Counted from the first letter of the stretch, positions 10,161 through 20,338 are shown. The stretch is 64,000 bases of DNA from an uncultured Acidimicrobiia bacterium (GCA_963836205.1 CAWIIV010000012.1:64001-128000), one strand, 5' to 3'. Made by a program: numbers and translations. Notes: generated by a model from the letters alone, not told the origin.

Positions 10161-10768
10161 GACGGGCCGGCCTGGTCAGTGAAGGGCGTGACCTCGAACA
10201 GTCGCCAATGAGCATCGGTCGCCGGTTCTCGCACCAGCGTCCAAAGCGAAGCTCCAGCCGGTGTACCCGGACTGTCCTGAATCACCTCGCCAGCTCCGTC
10301 CACCACACGAATACGTGGGGTCGGTCCGAAGCGGACGAACAACATCACCACGTTGTCAGCGGTGCGCTCCCGCAGCTGTACGAGTTCGACCGTTAGGTTT
10401 TCAGGCGGCGGGTCGTACCGCCAGCCCTTCGTCGCCAGGTTCGTAAGTCCCAGCTGACCTTCGGCGAAAAACTCGTAGCCGGGCACCTGAATTCTCTCTA
10501 GGAGCGCTGGGTCCGGGTGGGTGAAGAGCCAGTCCCTGTAGCTCACGATGCTTCGCACGATCGTGTCCCAGTCCTCGCCCGTGTTCCTAAGCTCCGGCGG
10601 CGCGTCCGGGTCAACGACGGACGGGGCGGTCGTCGCCGGCGCGTCGTCGCCCCCTTCGTCCGCGCCGCCACCGAAGACAATGAACGAGCCGATGACTACC
10701 ACCGCCAGCACGACCACGATGCCGATCCCGAGTGCTGTGCGGCTGCGCTGGCTGGGGCTGCTGCTCAC
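10157..10768 (-). CDS. Membrane-anchored hypothetical protein
   Basis: N-terminal TM helix, coding-like composition, 4-bp overlaps with both neighbours. Confidence 0.65.
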   Translation of the reverse strand: MSSSPSQRSRTALGIGIVVVLAVVVIGSFIVFGGGADEGGDDAPATTAPSVVDPDAPPELRNTGEDWDTIVRSIVSYRDWLFTHPDPALLERIQVPGYEFFAEGQLGLTNLATKGWRYDPPPENLTVELVQLRERTADNVVMLFVRFGPTPRIRVVDGAGEVIQDSPGTPAGASLWTLVREPATDAHWRLFEVTPFTDQAGPS

Positions 10769-11400
10769 GGGGCACCTCCGACTGATGCGTTACTGGCCGC
10801 TCGAGCGCGCACGGTCCACAGCCTCCAACTCTGGTCGGCTCCCTGGCGCATGACGACCTCCCAGCTGAACCTCTGGTCCGCCTCGCCCGGCCGACTCACC
10901 ACGACGTCGGCCATCACCACCTGCTCGCCCACTCGACTCCCGGCGCTGGTAGGTCCAATGGTTGCGTCGAAGCGGTACGGCGGCCCCGCCACCGGGCTGA
11001 TCTCTTCGCCGGCCAGCTGGGCGAATTGGGGTCCGCCGGCGTCGAAAGTGTCCCGCAGGGCGTCGAGGTCGCCGGTGGTGGCGAAGCGGGCCCAGTCCTC
11101 GAGCGCGGCCCAGGCCGCGGCCTCGGCCGGGGGAGCGACCACGACCGTGGTCGGAGCCGCGGTCGAGGCCGGCTCGGTCGAGGTCGGCACGGCCCCGCCG
11201 CCGCCGAGGCTACGGGCGACGGCCAGGGCGAGGGCCACGACCACCAGGATGGCCCCCCACCGCCGCCAGACGCTCGGCGACCGCCGCCGCTCGAAGCTCA
11301 CGACGTCCTCACCGTCGCCGTCGACCAGGTCCGGACCCGCGACCTCCGGCCGAGGCTCCGGCTCGTCGCCCAGCTCGCGGATGCCGAGCACCTCAGGCAT
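10765..11400 (-). CDS. Membrane-anchored hypothetical protein
   Basis: Single TM helix followed by a globular domain; coupled within the operon. Confidence 0.6.
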   Translation of the reverse strand: MPEVLGIRELGDEPEPRPEVAGPDLVDGDGEDVVSFERRRSPSVWRRWGAILVVVALALAVARSLGGGGAVPTSTEPASTAAPTTVVVAPPAEAAAWAALEDWARFATTGDLDALRDTFDAGGPQFAQLAGEEISPVAGPPYRFDATIGPTSAGSRVGEQVVMADVVVSRPGEADQRFSWEVVMRQGADQSWRLWTVRARAASNASVGGAP

Positions 11401-11403
11401 GTC

Positions 11404-11829
11404 TCATCCCGAGTAGCGGGGCTCGGCCACCGCCGTCACCTCCACCCGGATGGGCTCGCTCGTGACCAGGCGCAGCAGCGTGAGTTGCACCTGCTCCTGG
11501 GCCCGCACCGTGATCCGCTCCGGAGTGGCGATCACCTCCGACGCGCTGAAACGGGCGGTGTCGCTCTGCGCCGCCAGATTGGCCCACGCCGCGTCCTCGG
11601 CCCGGGCCGGGTCGAGGGCAACCGTCCCCTCCCGGAACGACGCCTCGTCGATCTCGGCCGCGCCGGCATGGGCGGCGGCGTCGACCGCGGCCGCCACCCC
11701 CGCCCGCTCGCTGAAGACCCGCCACAGATCGAGGGCGACGCCGGCGAAGGCGAGGAAGCCCACCATGAGCCCGAGGAACCACAGTGCCGCGAAGCCGCCC
11801 TCGCCTCGGCCCCGGCCCCGACCCCTCAC
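11404..11829 (-). CDS. TadG/Tad pseudopilin
   Basis: GEGGFAALW prepilin-type leader, hydrophobic helix, DAAAHAGA motif. GTG at 11829 overlaps the upstream stop. Confidence 0.75.
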   Translation of the reverse strand: MRGRGRGRGEGGFAALWFLGLMVGFLAFAGVALDLWRVFSERAGVAAAVDAAAHAGAAEIDEASFREGTVALDPARAEDAAWANLAAQSDTARFSASEVIATPERITVRAQEQVQLTLLRLVTSEPIRVEVTAVAEPRYSG

Positions 11830-12266
11830 GGCAGGCTCCGGTAGCCGCCGGCGGCCTCGGTGTGCGACGTCGTCCACGTCCAGGCCCCGGCGCTGGCCAA
11901 CCCGGGAACGGCGATGGCCGGCATGCGGATACCGACCGTCGCCGTCACCTCGCCGTCGCGCTCGATGGAGCCGGTGAACGCCACCGTTATCGCCCCGGCC
12001 GCCAGCCCGTAGTTGGCGGCCGCATCGACCGCGGCCGCCACCCCCGCCCGCTCCGCGTCCGGCCACGACGTCTGCTCCGCCGCGGCCTGGGCGCCGACTC
12101 GGGCCAGCGTGCGGGCGGTGCTGGCCCGCTCCGGCCACACCGTCACGCTGACGGTCACCATCGCCACCAGCACCAGCACGATCACCCCGACGGCCAGCTC
12201 CAGCGCCGCCTGGCCGGCCTCGGATTCGACCCGGGCCCGTCTGACGCCCGCCGTCACCACGCTCAC
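11826..12266 (-). CDS. TadE-like pseudopilin
   Basis: SEAGQAALE prepilin motif plus hydrophobic helix. GTG at 12266. Confidence 0.8.
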   Translation of the reverse strand: MSVVTAGVRRARVESEAGQAALELAVGVIVLVLVAMVTVSVTVWPERASTARTLARVGAQAAAEQTSWPDAERAGVAAAVDAAANYGLAAGAITVAFTGSIERDGEVTATVGIRMPAIAVPGLASAGAWTWTTSHTEAAGGYRSLP

Positions 12267-12649
12267 GGCAGCGCCGTCCGCCGGGCGGTGGCGGTGATGT
12301 CGAAGGTCCAGTCCGGGCCGGGGGCGATGGAGACGAAGCGGACCCGGGCCCGGGCCAGCACCCGTTCGCCGTCGTCGCTGCAGACGATCCTCACCTCTTC
12401 GCCCATGCGCCCGCCGAGCAGGCCCCCCAACGCCTGCGCCGCCCGCTGCTCGCAACGGGCGACGACGTCGTCGACCAACGAGCCGGCCCGGGCCCCCTCG
12501 TCGATGGCGGCCCGGACCACGCCCCGTCCGTAGGCGAACAGGGCCAGCTGCAGCAGCCAGACGAAGACCACCAGGGCGAGGACGTAGACGATGAGGGCCT
12601 GGAGCACGGCCTGGCCCCCCTCGTCCGCCCCGCTCCCGCCGGGGCCTAT
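12263..12649 (-). CDS. TadE-like pseudopilin (start uncertain)
   Basis: DEGGQAVLQ leader, hydrophobic helix, AIDEGARAGS. Confidence 0.75.
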   Translation of the reverse strand: MGPGGSGADEGGQAVLQALIVYVLALVVFVWLLQLALFAYGRGVVRAAIDEGARAGSLVDDVVARCEQRAAQALGGLLGGRMGEEVRIVCSDDGERVLARARVRFVSIAPGPDWTFDITATARRTALP

Positions 12650-12840
12650 GAGCCGATGGTGCTGTCGCGCACCCACGTCACGACATCGGCCATGAGCGTG
12701 CGGGCGGGAGGCAGGAAGGCCAGCAGCAGGATGATGCCGACCACGCCGATGGCGACGGACTGCATGACCTCCCCCACCCCTGCCTCGTCCCGGCGCACGC
12801 GTGCCGTCACCCACAGGACCAGGGTGATGATCGGGTCCAT
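12646..12840 (-). CDS. Flp-like major pilin
   Basis: 64 aa with RRDEAG leader then a hydrophobic helix. RBS AGGAGG and its own AT-rich promoter. Confidence 0.7.
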   Translation of the reverse strand: MDPIITLVLWVTARVRRDEAGVGEVMQSVAIGVVGIILLLAFLPPARTLMADVVTWVRDSTIGS

Positions 12841-12879
12841 CGTCCTCCTGTCCGCGGCGACGGGTCAGCGCCGACCGCT

Positions 12880-12950
12880 TCGTTGATTGTGGATAAGTGT
12901 AAAACAGATGCGGTAGTCGTATCTAGTAGGAAGTTAGCGTGGCTTATCCC
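12880..12950 (-). promoter_or_regulatory. AT-rich promoter of the pilin gene with a perfect DnaA box
   Basis: TTATCCACA on the minus strand (12888-12896), GGATAAG/CTTATCC inverted repeat (12891-12897/12943-12949), AAGTTAGCGT at 12931-12940. Confidence 0.5.
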
Positions 12951-12955
12951 GCCGC

Positions 12956-13896
12956 TCAGGGGCTCCCGAAGACCAGGCTGGGCAACGGCGGCACCAGGAA
13001 CACGAAGCACACCGGGGCCATGAACACGATGGTGACCAGCATCATGCGCAGCTGGCGGGCGGTGGCCTTGCGGTCGACCTCCTCCCGCCGCTCGGCCCGC
13101 AGGTCGTCGGCGACGGCCCGCAGCGACTCGGCCAGATCCCCGCCGGCCTGCATCCCCGCAGCCAGCACCCGGTAGAGGCGACCGGCCATGGGCTCGGGCG
13201 TCTCCAGGGCCAGGCGCTCCAGCGCCTCGGGCTCCGCTCGTCCGCTCGACACCCATTCCAGGGCCATGGCCAGCTCCTCGATCACTGGGCCGCGGCCCCG
13301 GCCGCGGACCTCGCGGATGGCCCCCACCGGGCCGTAGCCGGTGCGGATCATGACCGCCAGCAGCTGGGCCACCACGTAGAGGTCGACCCGCATCCGCTCC
13401 CGCCGGGCGTCGATGGCCTTGGCCACCCGGCTGCGCCAGTGGACGGCGCCGAAGAACAGCCCCGCCGCCCCCAGCAGCAGCACCCCCGCGGCCTTGGGCA
13501 GCCCCGGCTGGACCAGCCCGAGGGCCACCCCCGCCCCTGTGCTGCCCGCGGCCCACGCCAGCTGGCGCATCCGGTAGTGCTGGGCGGACAGGCCGGCGAA
13601 GCCAGCCTGTCGCAGGCGCAGTACCAGCTCCTCGTCGCTGCAGGCGTCGACCCAGCCGCTGAGCCGCCGCGCCCCGCGGCGGCCAGGGGACCGAAGACCC
13701 GGCCCAGGCTGGTGGTGGGGCTGTCCACCCCCAGCACCGCGCTCATGTCGGCCGAGCGCCCGAGGCGGCTGCGGGCCAGCTGGGCGTACGGCGCGACCAG
13801 GGGCGCGAGGCGCCGGGGCGGGCGCACCAGCAGGCCCATCGCTCCGGCCGCGGCCACGGCCGCCCCCAGCGCCGCGCACAGGACCTGGACGCTCAC
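12956..13896 (-). CDS. tadC: TadC / T2SS-F family membrane protein (frameshift near 13680)
   Basis: RLRQAG, TM helices, G.GPVIEEL, GGDLAESLR and a C-terminal TM. Follows TadB. Confidence 0.8.
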
Positions 13897-14790
13897 CGGA
13901 TCGGGACCGCCTCGCCGGCCGCCGCGAACACCCGCTCCTCGCCCGGGATGCGGGCCTGGCGGCGGACCACGGCCATGCCCCCGAAGCCCAGCGCCACGCC
14001 CACGCCGAGCACGACCACCCCCCCGGGGGTGCCGAAGAAGCTGCGGTACTCGGGCACGCTCATGCACAGCACGACGAGCAGGAAGTAGGGCAGCACCAGG
14101 ACCCCCCGGGCCGAGAGCCGGTCCATGAGCTGGCGGCTCTCGATGTGGGCCATCAGCTCGAGGTCGGCGGTGATGGCCCGGGCCTGGTCGGCCAGCAGGT
14201 CCAGGATGATGGCTGGGCCCCTGGTCGACCGACGCGATGAGCACGTCGAGGACGCGGTCCGACACCGAGTCGGCCAGGTCGTCGCGCACCGCCTGTAGTG
14301 CCGCCCGCTGGTCGAGGGCCGCGCTCAGGCGGCTGTAACGCACGAAGGCCGCTCGCAGGGGCAGCGGCCCGGTCCGGGCCAGCGCGACGAGGGACTGGTG
14401 CATCGACAGGGGGCTGGCCAGGCTGGCCGACAGGTGGCGCAGGGCGTCGGGCCAGGCCTTGGCCCGCAGTCGGGCCTTGTTCCGCCGCACGGAGGCGAAG
14501 TAGGTCCGGGGCAGCGCCGCCACCGCCAGCGCCGGCAGCAGAGCCACGGTGACGGTGCCGGTCAACGCCAGCAGCAGGACGAAGGCGACCAGGCCACCGC
14601 CGATGGAGGCACCCCAGAACTGGACGGGATTGACGTCGGCCCCGGCCTGGTCCAGCCACTGCTGGGCCCGGGGCCGGCGGGGGCGGCGGGGCCGGGCCCG
14701 CAGGCCGATTCCGTCGGGGCTGTAGCCGACGAGGATGCCGACCAGCAGATAGACGAACACGGCCGCGGCCAGCGCCGCCAGCAGCCTCAT
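13893..14790 (-). CDS. tadB: TadB / T2SS-F family membrane protein (frameshift near 14215)
   Basis: WLDQAG, WPDALRHL, C-terminal LPY...FFGTPGG. Follows the CpaF ATPase. Confidence 0.8.
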
Positions 14791-16130
14791 CGGGGCATCA
14801 CTTCGATCCTGCGCATGCGGCCCTCGAAGACCTTCTCCAGGCTGCTGCCCTGGTTGTGCAGCACTCGCTCCAGGCGCTCCCGCAGCCCGCCCGAGGGGTA
14901 GACGCCGGTCCAGCGCAGCGGGGCCCCGAGGTGGTCGCGAACGAAGAGGGGTTCGGTGGTGAAGCTGTGCTCGGCCCCCTGCATGGGCGGCACCGCTGCG
15001 ATCTCGAGCACCTGGCGGGTGATGGCGACGGCTCCGTCGCCCCCCTCCCGCAGGGCCAGGTCCTCCCGGTCGAGGTGCACCACGAGGTCGATGATGTCGG
15101 CGAACACCGACTGGATCTGGGCCGCGGGGACGTTCTCGCCGGCCAGCAGGGCCGTGTTGACCAGGGCGTTCATCGCCTCCCGGGGGCCGTTGGCGTGGAT
15201 GGTGCACAGCAGGCCGCAGCCGGCGTTGCCGGCCCGGGTCAGCTCGTAGGCCTCGGCCCCGCGCACCTCGCCCACCACCAGCACGTCGGCCCGCATGCCC
15301 AGGCACTGGTGGACGAGCTCGCGCAGGGAGATCTCGGCCTCGCCCTTGGAGCCGACGCCGACCTGGCGGGTCTTGTAGTAGTCGCCGTGGAACAGCGGCG
15401 CCGACAGCTCCCGGGTCACCTCGCAGCCCAGCACCCGATGGGCCGGGGGCATGGCCCGCACCAGGGCGTTGAGCATCGACGTCTTGCCCGCCCCCATGGG
15501 CCCGCTCACCAGCACCCCGGCCCGGATCTGGACCATGGCCCGCAGCAGCATGGCCGCCGAGCGCGTCAGCGAGCCCCGCTCGACCAGGGTGTCGAGGGTC
15601 TCGTTGCGCAGCGTGTACTTCCGAAGGGTGGCCGACAGCCGGTCGGAGATGGGCGGGATGATCACGCCCAGGCGCGCCCGCCCTCCCAGAACCTGGGTGG
15701 ACAGCATGGGCGTGCGCTGGTCCACGAAGCGCCCGGCGGTGCGCAGCAGGCGGTTGACGATGGCGGTCAGCTCCTCCTCGCTGGTGGGCTCGGAGACGTT
15801 CTCCAGGTTGCCGTTGGCGTCCAGGTACCAGACGTCGCCCCCCCGGATGAAGATCTCCTCCACGTCCCGGCGCTCCAGCAGGTCGGTCAGCACTCCCCAG
15901 TTGAGGACGGAGCGGATGAGGCGGCCGACCATGTCGGGGGGATCGGCCAGGGGCAGGCCCCCGAGTCCGGTGCGGGCCTCGCGCTGGTAACGGTCGACGA
16001 GGGTGCCGGCCAGCTCCGCGATGCGGCTGGCGTGCTCCTCGTTCTCGACGTCGAAGCTGCCTTCCCGCAGGGCGTCGAGCATCTGCTGGCGCAGCACCTC
16101 GTAGGCATCCCGTCCCGGTCCCCGGCTCAC
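14787..16130 (-). CDS. tadA: TadA/CpaF pilus assembly ATPase
   Basis: SGPMGAGKTS Walker A, LGMRADVLVVGEVRGAE, TIHAN motifs. GTG at 16130. Confidence 0.92.
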   Translation of the reverse strand: MSRGPGRDAYEVLRQQMLDALREGSFDVENEEHASRIAELAGTLVDRYQREARTGLGGLPLADPPDMVGRLIRSVLNWGVLTDLLERRDVEEIFIRGGDVWYLDANGNLENVSEPTSEEELTAIVNRLLRTAGRFVDQRTPMLSTQVLGGRARLGVIIPPISDRLSATLRKYTLRNETLDTLVERGSLTRSAAMLLRAMVQIRAGVLVSGPMGAGKTSMLNALVRAMPPAHRVLGCEVTRELSAPLFHGDYYKTRQVGVGSKGEAEISLRELVHQCLGMRADVLVVGEVRGAEAYELTRAGNAGCGLLCTIHANGPREAMNALVNTALLAGENVPAAQIQSVFADIIDLVVHLDREDLALREGGDGAVAITRQVLEIAAVPPMQGAEHSFTTEPLFVRDHLGAPLRWTGVYPSGGLRERLERVLHNQGSSLEKVFEGRMRRIEVMPR

Positions 16131-17371
16131 TGGACCCTCTCCCGCACCGGCACCAGCGCCGCGGCCAGGTCCTCGACGGCCTTGGCGAAGGGTCCCCGGC
16201 CCACCGGCGCCCCCCGCCAGCCGGCCTCCTCCACCCGGGGGTCGTCGGGCAGGAACCAAACGCCGGCCAGCAGGGCGGGGGCCATGTTCGAGCGCAGCGA
16301 TTCCTCCAGCTCGGCCCGCGCAAAGCGCGCCGACGGCATGCGGGCCAGCACCGCGTGCAGCGGTCGGGGACCGGCCAGGTCCTGGACCTCGGCCGCCCAG
16401 TCGAGCAGGGCCAGCGCACCCAGGCGGGTGGCGGGGCTGACCCCCACCACGGCGTCGGTGGCGGCGACCGTCGTACGGCTGGCGCCGAAGCGCTCCGGAC
16501 CCAGCCCGTCGAGCTCCTCCAGATGCGGCCCGCCCACCGCCACCACCCGATCCCAACGGGCGCGCAGTTCGTCGAGCAAAGCAGCCAGATCGGCGTCGCG
16601 CAGCTGGGCCCAGTCGGCGACGTTGGCCAGCCCGACGATGGCGTCCCACGCCACCGTTCCGCTGACCGCCCCGGTGCGGGTGGCCAGGGCCGGGGCGTGG
16701 GCGGCGTCGAGGTCGCCGTGGCGCAGCCAGTCGAGGGCGCTGAGCAGGTTGGGCTCGAGGCCGAAGCAGTAGCGCCGGGCCAGCGCCGGCCTGACCTCGT
16801 CGACGTCGACCACCACCGTGCGCTCGCCCCGGGCCACGAAGGCGCTGGCCAGGCTCCCGGCCACCTCGACGCCGGTGGGCTCGCCGCCCACGCCGACCAC
16901 GGTGATCAGGCGGGGCCCCCACCAGCCGCCCGGCGGCAGGCCCGGCTCCGGTGTCGCCGGCTCGATGCTGTCGAGGAGCATCCGCACCTCGTCGCCCAGG
17001 GCGGCGGCGGGGCCGAGGATCGAGATCTCCCGCAGCAGCGCCTCGGCCCCGGCGCCGGCGCCGACGGTGACGTCGACGCCGAGATCGTGCAGCGTGCGGC
17101 TGCCCGCGCCGTCGTCCTCGTCGGGATCGAAGACCCCGACGATGCCCACGCCCAACTCCCGTAGCCGGCGCACGCTGTAGCGGTCGAGCATGGAGGCCAC
17201 GTCGTCGATCACGACCACGTCGAAGGCGTCGTCGAACAGGGCCCGGGGCTCGCGCACCACCACCAGGCGCATACCCGACACGTGGTTGCGGACGTAGGCC
17301 TGCAACTCGCTGCGCCAGGCCCGGGTGCTGGCCACCACCGCCACCGTGAGCTCCGGCCCCGGCCCGCTCAC
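16127..17371 (-). CDS. TadZ/CpaE-like receiver + MinD-like protein
   Basis: N-terminal pseudo-receiver, degenerate P-loop, VVVDVD, FLPDDP. Lies between CpaB and CpaF. Confidence 0.7.
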   Translation of the reverse strand: MSGPGPELTVAVVASTRAWRSELQAYVRNHVSGMRLVVVREPRALFDDAFDVVVIDDVASMLDRYSVRRLRELGVGIVGVFDPDEDDGAGSRTLHDLGVDVTVGAGAGAEALLREISILGPAAALGDEVRMLLDSIEPATPEPGLPPGGWWGPRLITVVGVGGEPTGVEVAGSLASAFVARGERTVVVDVDEVRPALARRYCFGLEPNLLSALDWLRHGDLDAAHAPALATRTGAVSGTVAWDAIVGLANVADWAQLRDADLAALLDELRARWDRVVAVGGPHLEELDGLGPERFGASRTTVAATDAVVGVSPATRLGALALLDWAAEVQDLAGPRPLHAVLARMPSARFARAELEESLRSNMAPALLAGVWFLPDDPRVEEAGWRGAPVGRGPFAKAVEDLAAALVPVRERVQ

Positions 17372-17547
17372 CGCTTCCCCCGGCTCAGCCCGTCACCGCC
17401 AACCGGCGGTACTGACTCGGGCCGCCGCCCGCCTCGTCGTTGGCCGCCGCCGGCCCCCGAGTTCACGACCGCCCCGGCCATCACCGGGCAAAGGGAGGTG
17501 TCCGGGCCCAGCCGTGTCGCGCCGATCGGGTGCATGGTCGTACCCAC

Positions 17548-18240
17548 CTACCCGGCCGTGCCGGGGATCGGCTCCGCTCCCGTCGAGCGCAGCACCTCGA
17601 TCTTGCCGCCCCGGACGGCGCCGGCCAGGCGCAGGGCGGTGTCGGCGTCGACGGCCAGGGTGACGTAGAACTGGCCTCCGGCGGTGCCGGACAGCCCCGC
17701 GCTGCCCCGCCGGGGTGCGACGGCGATGACCTCGGCGCCCCGGACCACGTACTCCACCGCCCCGTCGGCGGCGATGACGTCGACCCGGTCGCCCACCGCC
17801 AGCTCACCCCCGACCGCATGCTCGGCCGCCACCGGCACGCTCATGGCCCGCAGGCCGCTTGGCCCCGCCGTCCCGGCCAGCGCACTCGGCAGCACCGGCT
17901 CGCCCGCCGCGATGCGCCGGGTGGCGACGCGTGCCCCGGAGGCCAGCTCGGCGGGAGCAAGGAGGCCGGGTCGCAGCGACGACGACGCGCTCAGCTCGAC
18001 GGTGCGCACGTCTTCGGGCCCCACCGCCGCGCCGGGAGCGATGTCGTGGGCGGCCACGGCCACGGGGACCGTCTGGCCCCGCTCCCGCAGGGCGCTGACC
18101 ACCAGCACGAAGGTCAACAGCCCGGCGACGATCATAAGGAGATGCCCGCTGGCCAGCCGGCTCCGCCACCGCCGGCGCGGCGGCGGCGCGTGGCAGACGG
18201 GAGCTGCCGGCGTCGCTGTGAGTTGGCCGTTGCTGGTCAC
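17548..18240 (-). CDS. cpaB: CpaB/RcpC SAF-domain protein
   Basis: VAVAAHDIAPG, RRIAAGEPV, RAMSVPV, LAVGDRVDVI. Confidence 0.85.
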   Translation of the reverse strand: MTSNGQLTATPAAPVCHAPPPRRRWRSRLASGHLLMIVAGLLTFVLVVSALRERGQTVPVAVAAHDIAPGAAVGPEDVRTVELSASSSLRPGLLAPAELASGARVATRRIAAGEPVLPSALAGTAGPSGLRAMSVPVAAEHAVGGELAVGDRVDVIAADGAVEYVVRGAEVIAVAPRRGSAGLSGTAGGQFYVTLAVDADTALRLAGAVRGGKIEVLRSTGAEPIPGTAG

Positions 18241-18364
18241 TGTCCGCTACCTCCCCCTAAAGGTTGCGAGATGGCGCTGGAAGATAGCTATGCGCCCTGA
18301 ACACATCAAGCATCCTCGGAACCGGTGCTACTTCTCCCTAACACCGCTGGGCTACCATCACGGC

Positions 18365-18676
18365 ATGACAAGCAGCGAGCCCGCCCCCCGGCGGGAGCGC
18401 AGGCCCAGTGTCGAGGCGGAAGGCGACTCGGCCGAGCGTCCCGAGGACGTTCTGCTGACCACGGCCCAGGTGGCCAAGATGCTCCAGCTGACGCCCAAGA
18501 GGGTCCTCGACCTGGTGAACGCCGGCATCCTCCCGGCCCACCGCCTGCCGGGGATGCGCCAGTTCCGGTTCTTCCGCCAGGCCATCCTGGACGCCTTCGC
18601 CGCCAACCCGGTCGGACCCGGGGAGGCCTCCGTCGAGGACGCTGAGGACACCGACACCGTCAACGCCGAACGATAA
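18365..18676 (+). CDS. Excisionase-like (HTH_17/BldC-type) DNA-binding protein
   Basis: LLTTAQVAKMLQL....VLDLVNAGILPAHR...QFRF. ATG at 18365, divergent from the Tad operon. Confidence 0.8.
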   Translation: MTSSEPAPRRERRPSVEAEGDSAERPEDVLLTTAQVAKMLQLTPKRVLDLVNAGILPAHRLPGMRQFRFFRQAILDAFAANPVGPGEASVEDAEDTDTVNAER

Positions 18677-19224
18677 AGCCAACCGCGGCCCGGGCCAGGA
18701 TCCGCTCCGGGCTCGGGGCCCGCCGGGCCAGGACGAGGTGGTCCCGGGCGACGACCAGCACCCGGCAGACCATCGACTCGAGGTCGGCACCGCCCAGCTC
18801 TACCTCTCGCCCCGTGGCCTCCAAGCCCTCGAGGCAGTCGGCGAAGGTGGCGGGGACGGTCCGACGCCGGGCTCGGCCCGCGCCCGGTGTCGGCTCGTGC
18901 AGCACCAGTTCGGTGACCGCGCTGAGCGCGATGTCGACGTCGCGCGCCACCCGAATCGCGCAGCACGGCCACATCCTGGCCGACATGCAGGATTGCGCCC
19001 ACGAAGCTCCGCCCGCCGATACGCACCCGCAGGCGTTGCCCCTTGTACATGGCCTCCAGTACGACATCGGCCAGGGTCTGTTCCTTGCGGGCGAGCTGTT
19101 CGCTGGCCTCCTCCAGGACTTCCTGCTCGTCGCGCAGCTCGGCCCGCAGCCGTCGCGATGACTCCGCCAGGTCGTCGGCCACCCCCTCCACGGCCATCAG
19201 CAACGTTGCCAACTGGCCGCCCAC
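18660..19224 (-). CDS. Hypothetical protein (frameshift near 18950)
   Basis: Coiled N-terminus, G.ILHVGQDVAVL, then continues in a second frame (DVDIALSAV...VARDHLVL). Confidence 0.55.
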
Positions 19225-19335
19225 CGTTCAAGCATCTCCCCGACCTCCCTGTGCGCCGCATGCACTACCTCTAAGCTATCTTAACAATAAGTTAGCGTAA
19301 GTTGCTACCGTCGAGTGCGGAGGAGGTAGCTCCCA

Positions 19336-20064
19336 ATGAGCCCTCGAGTGGGGCCGGGTCTGCGGCTGGCCGGACTGATCGGGTTCGAGGCGGCCGCGGT
19401 GACGCTGCTGTGGGGCGGGGATCGGGCCGGCCTCGGCCGCGTCAAGTGGTCCCGCCTCGGGCACTGGCTCAGCGGAGCCCCGCCCGAGGACGCCGTGCTC
19501 ATCGCTGTGCGGACCGTGGCCGTCGTCCTCGCCGCCTGGCTGCTCCTCAGCACCCTGGCCTATCTGCTGGCCCGCCTCGCCGACGCGCCCGGGCTGGTGC
19601 GCGGCGCCCGCTGGGCCACCATGTCCGGCGTCCGCCGGCTCGTCGATGCGGCCGTCGCCGTATCGGTTCTCGGCGGCGCCTACCTCGGCCCTCGCCCCGC
19701 CTTCGCCCAAGTCCCGGTCCCATCGCCGCTCGTCATCGAGCTCTCGGTGCCGGCCCCCCACCTCTACACGCCCGTCGCCGCCGGCGACGGGCCGCCGGCC
19801 GTCTCCGAAGTCATCGCCACGCCGGGGGCGACGGTCCAACAAACCTGGACCGTCGCCCCCGGCGACTGCTTCTGGACCATCGCGGAGGAGGCTTTGGCCC
19901 GTACCTGGGGCCGGCCGCCCACCGACGCCGAAATCGTTCCCTACTGGCAGGTGGTGATCGAGGGCAACCGGTCCGTGCTGGTGGATCGCGACGATCCCGA
20001 CCTGATCTATCCCGCACAGGACTTCAAGGTCCCGCCCCCGTCGTCCCCCGATGTCACCGGCTGA
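19336..20064 (+). CDS. Membrane protein with LysM domain
   Basis: TM helices, WTVAPGDCFWTIAE...DPDLIYPAQ. RBS GGAGG. Confidence 0.85.
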   Translation: MSPRVGPGLRLAGLIGFEAAAVTLLWGGDRAGLGRVKWSRLGHWLSGAPPEDAVLIAVRTVAVVLAAWLLLSTLAYLLARLADAPGLVRGARWATMSGVRRLVDAAVAVSVLGGAYLGPRPAFAQVPVPSPLVIELSVPAPHLYTPVAAGDGPPAVSEVIATPGATVQQTWTVAPGDCFWTIAEEALARTWGRPPTDAEIVPYWQVVIEGNRSVLVDRDDPDLIYPAQDFKVPPPSSPDVTG

Positions 20065-20133
20065 CTCCCCGCAAGACCCTCGCAAGGAAGGACGCCCCCG
20101 GCGGTCGGTCCCCGCCGTGATGCGTCGAGCCGG

Positions 20134-20258
20134 ATGGGCCATGGGGGAGGGGCGTCCTCCCCCGGGCCCATGGTTGGGGTGCGGGGTGCCCGGCCCGTCA
20201 AGGGGCTGCGCCGTGAGGGCGACACCCCACACCCTCACAACGGTCCCCTTGACCGGCC
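20134..20258. repeat. Two adjacent nested inverted-repeat hairpins (candidate oriT / single-strand origin)
   Basis: ATGGGCC..GGGGGAGG/CCTCCCCC..GGCCCAT (20134-20171). GGCC.GTCAAGGGG..GTGAGGG/CCCTCAC..CCCCTTGAC.GGCC (20192-20258). Confidence 0.65.
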
Positions 20259-20338
20259 TCGGTGGGCGGGAGTTGTTGACGACCCGAACGGGGCGCTGTG
20301 GGCCGGTGACCATGGCTGTCGCCGAAGCTTCGCCGAGA

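Noticed and set aside
13348-16419. 1023-aa Tad fusion ORF
   Set aside because: Off-frame through tadA. It only captures in-frame pieces of frameshifted tadB and tadC.
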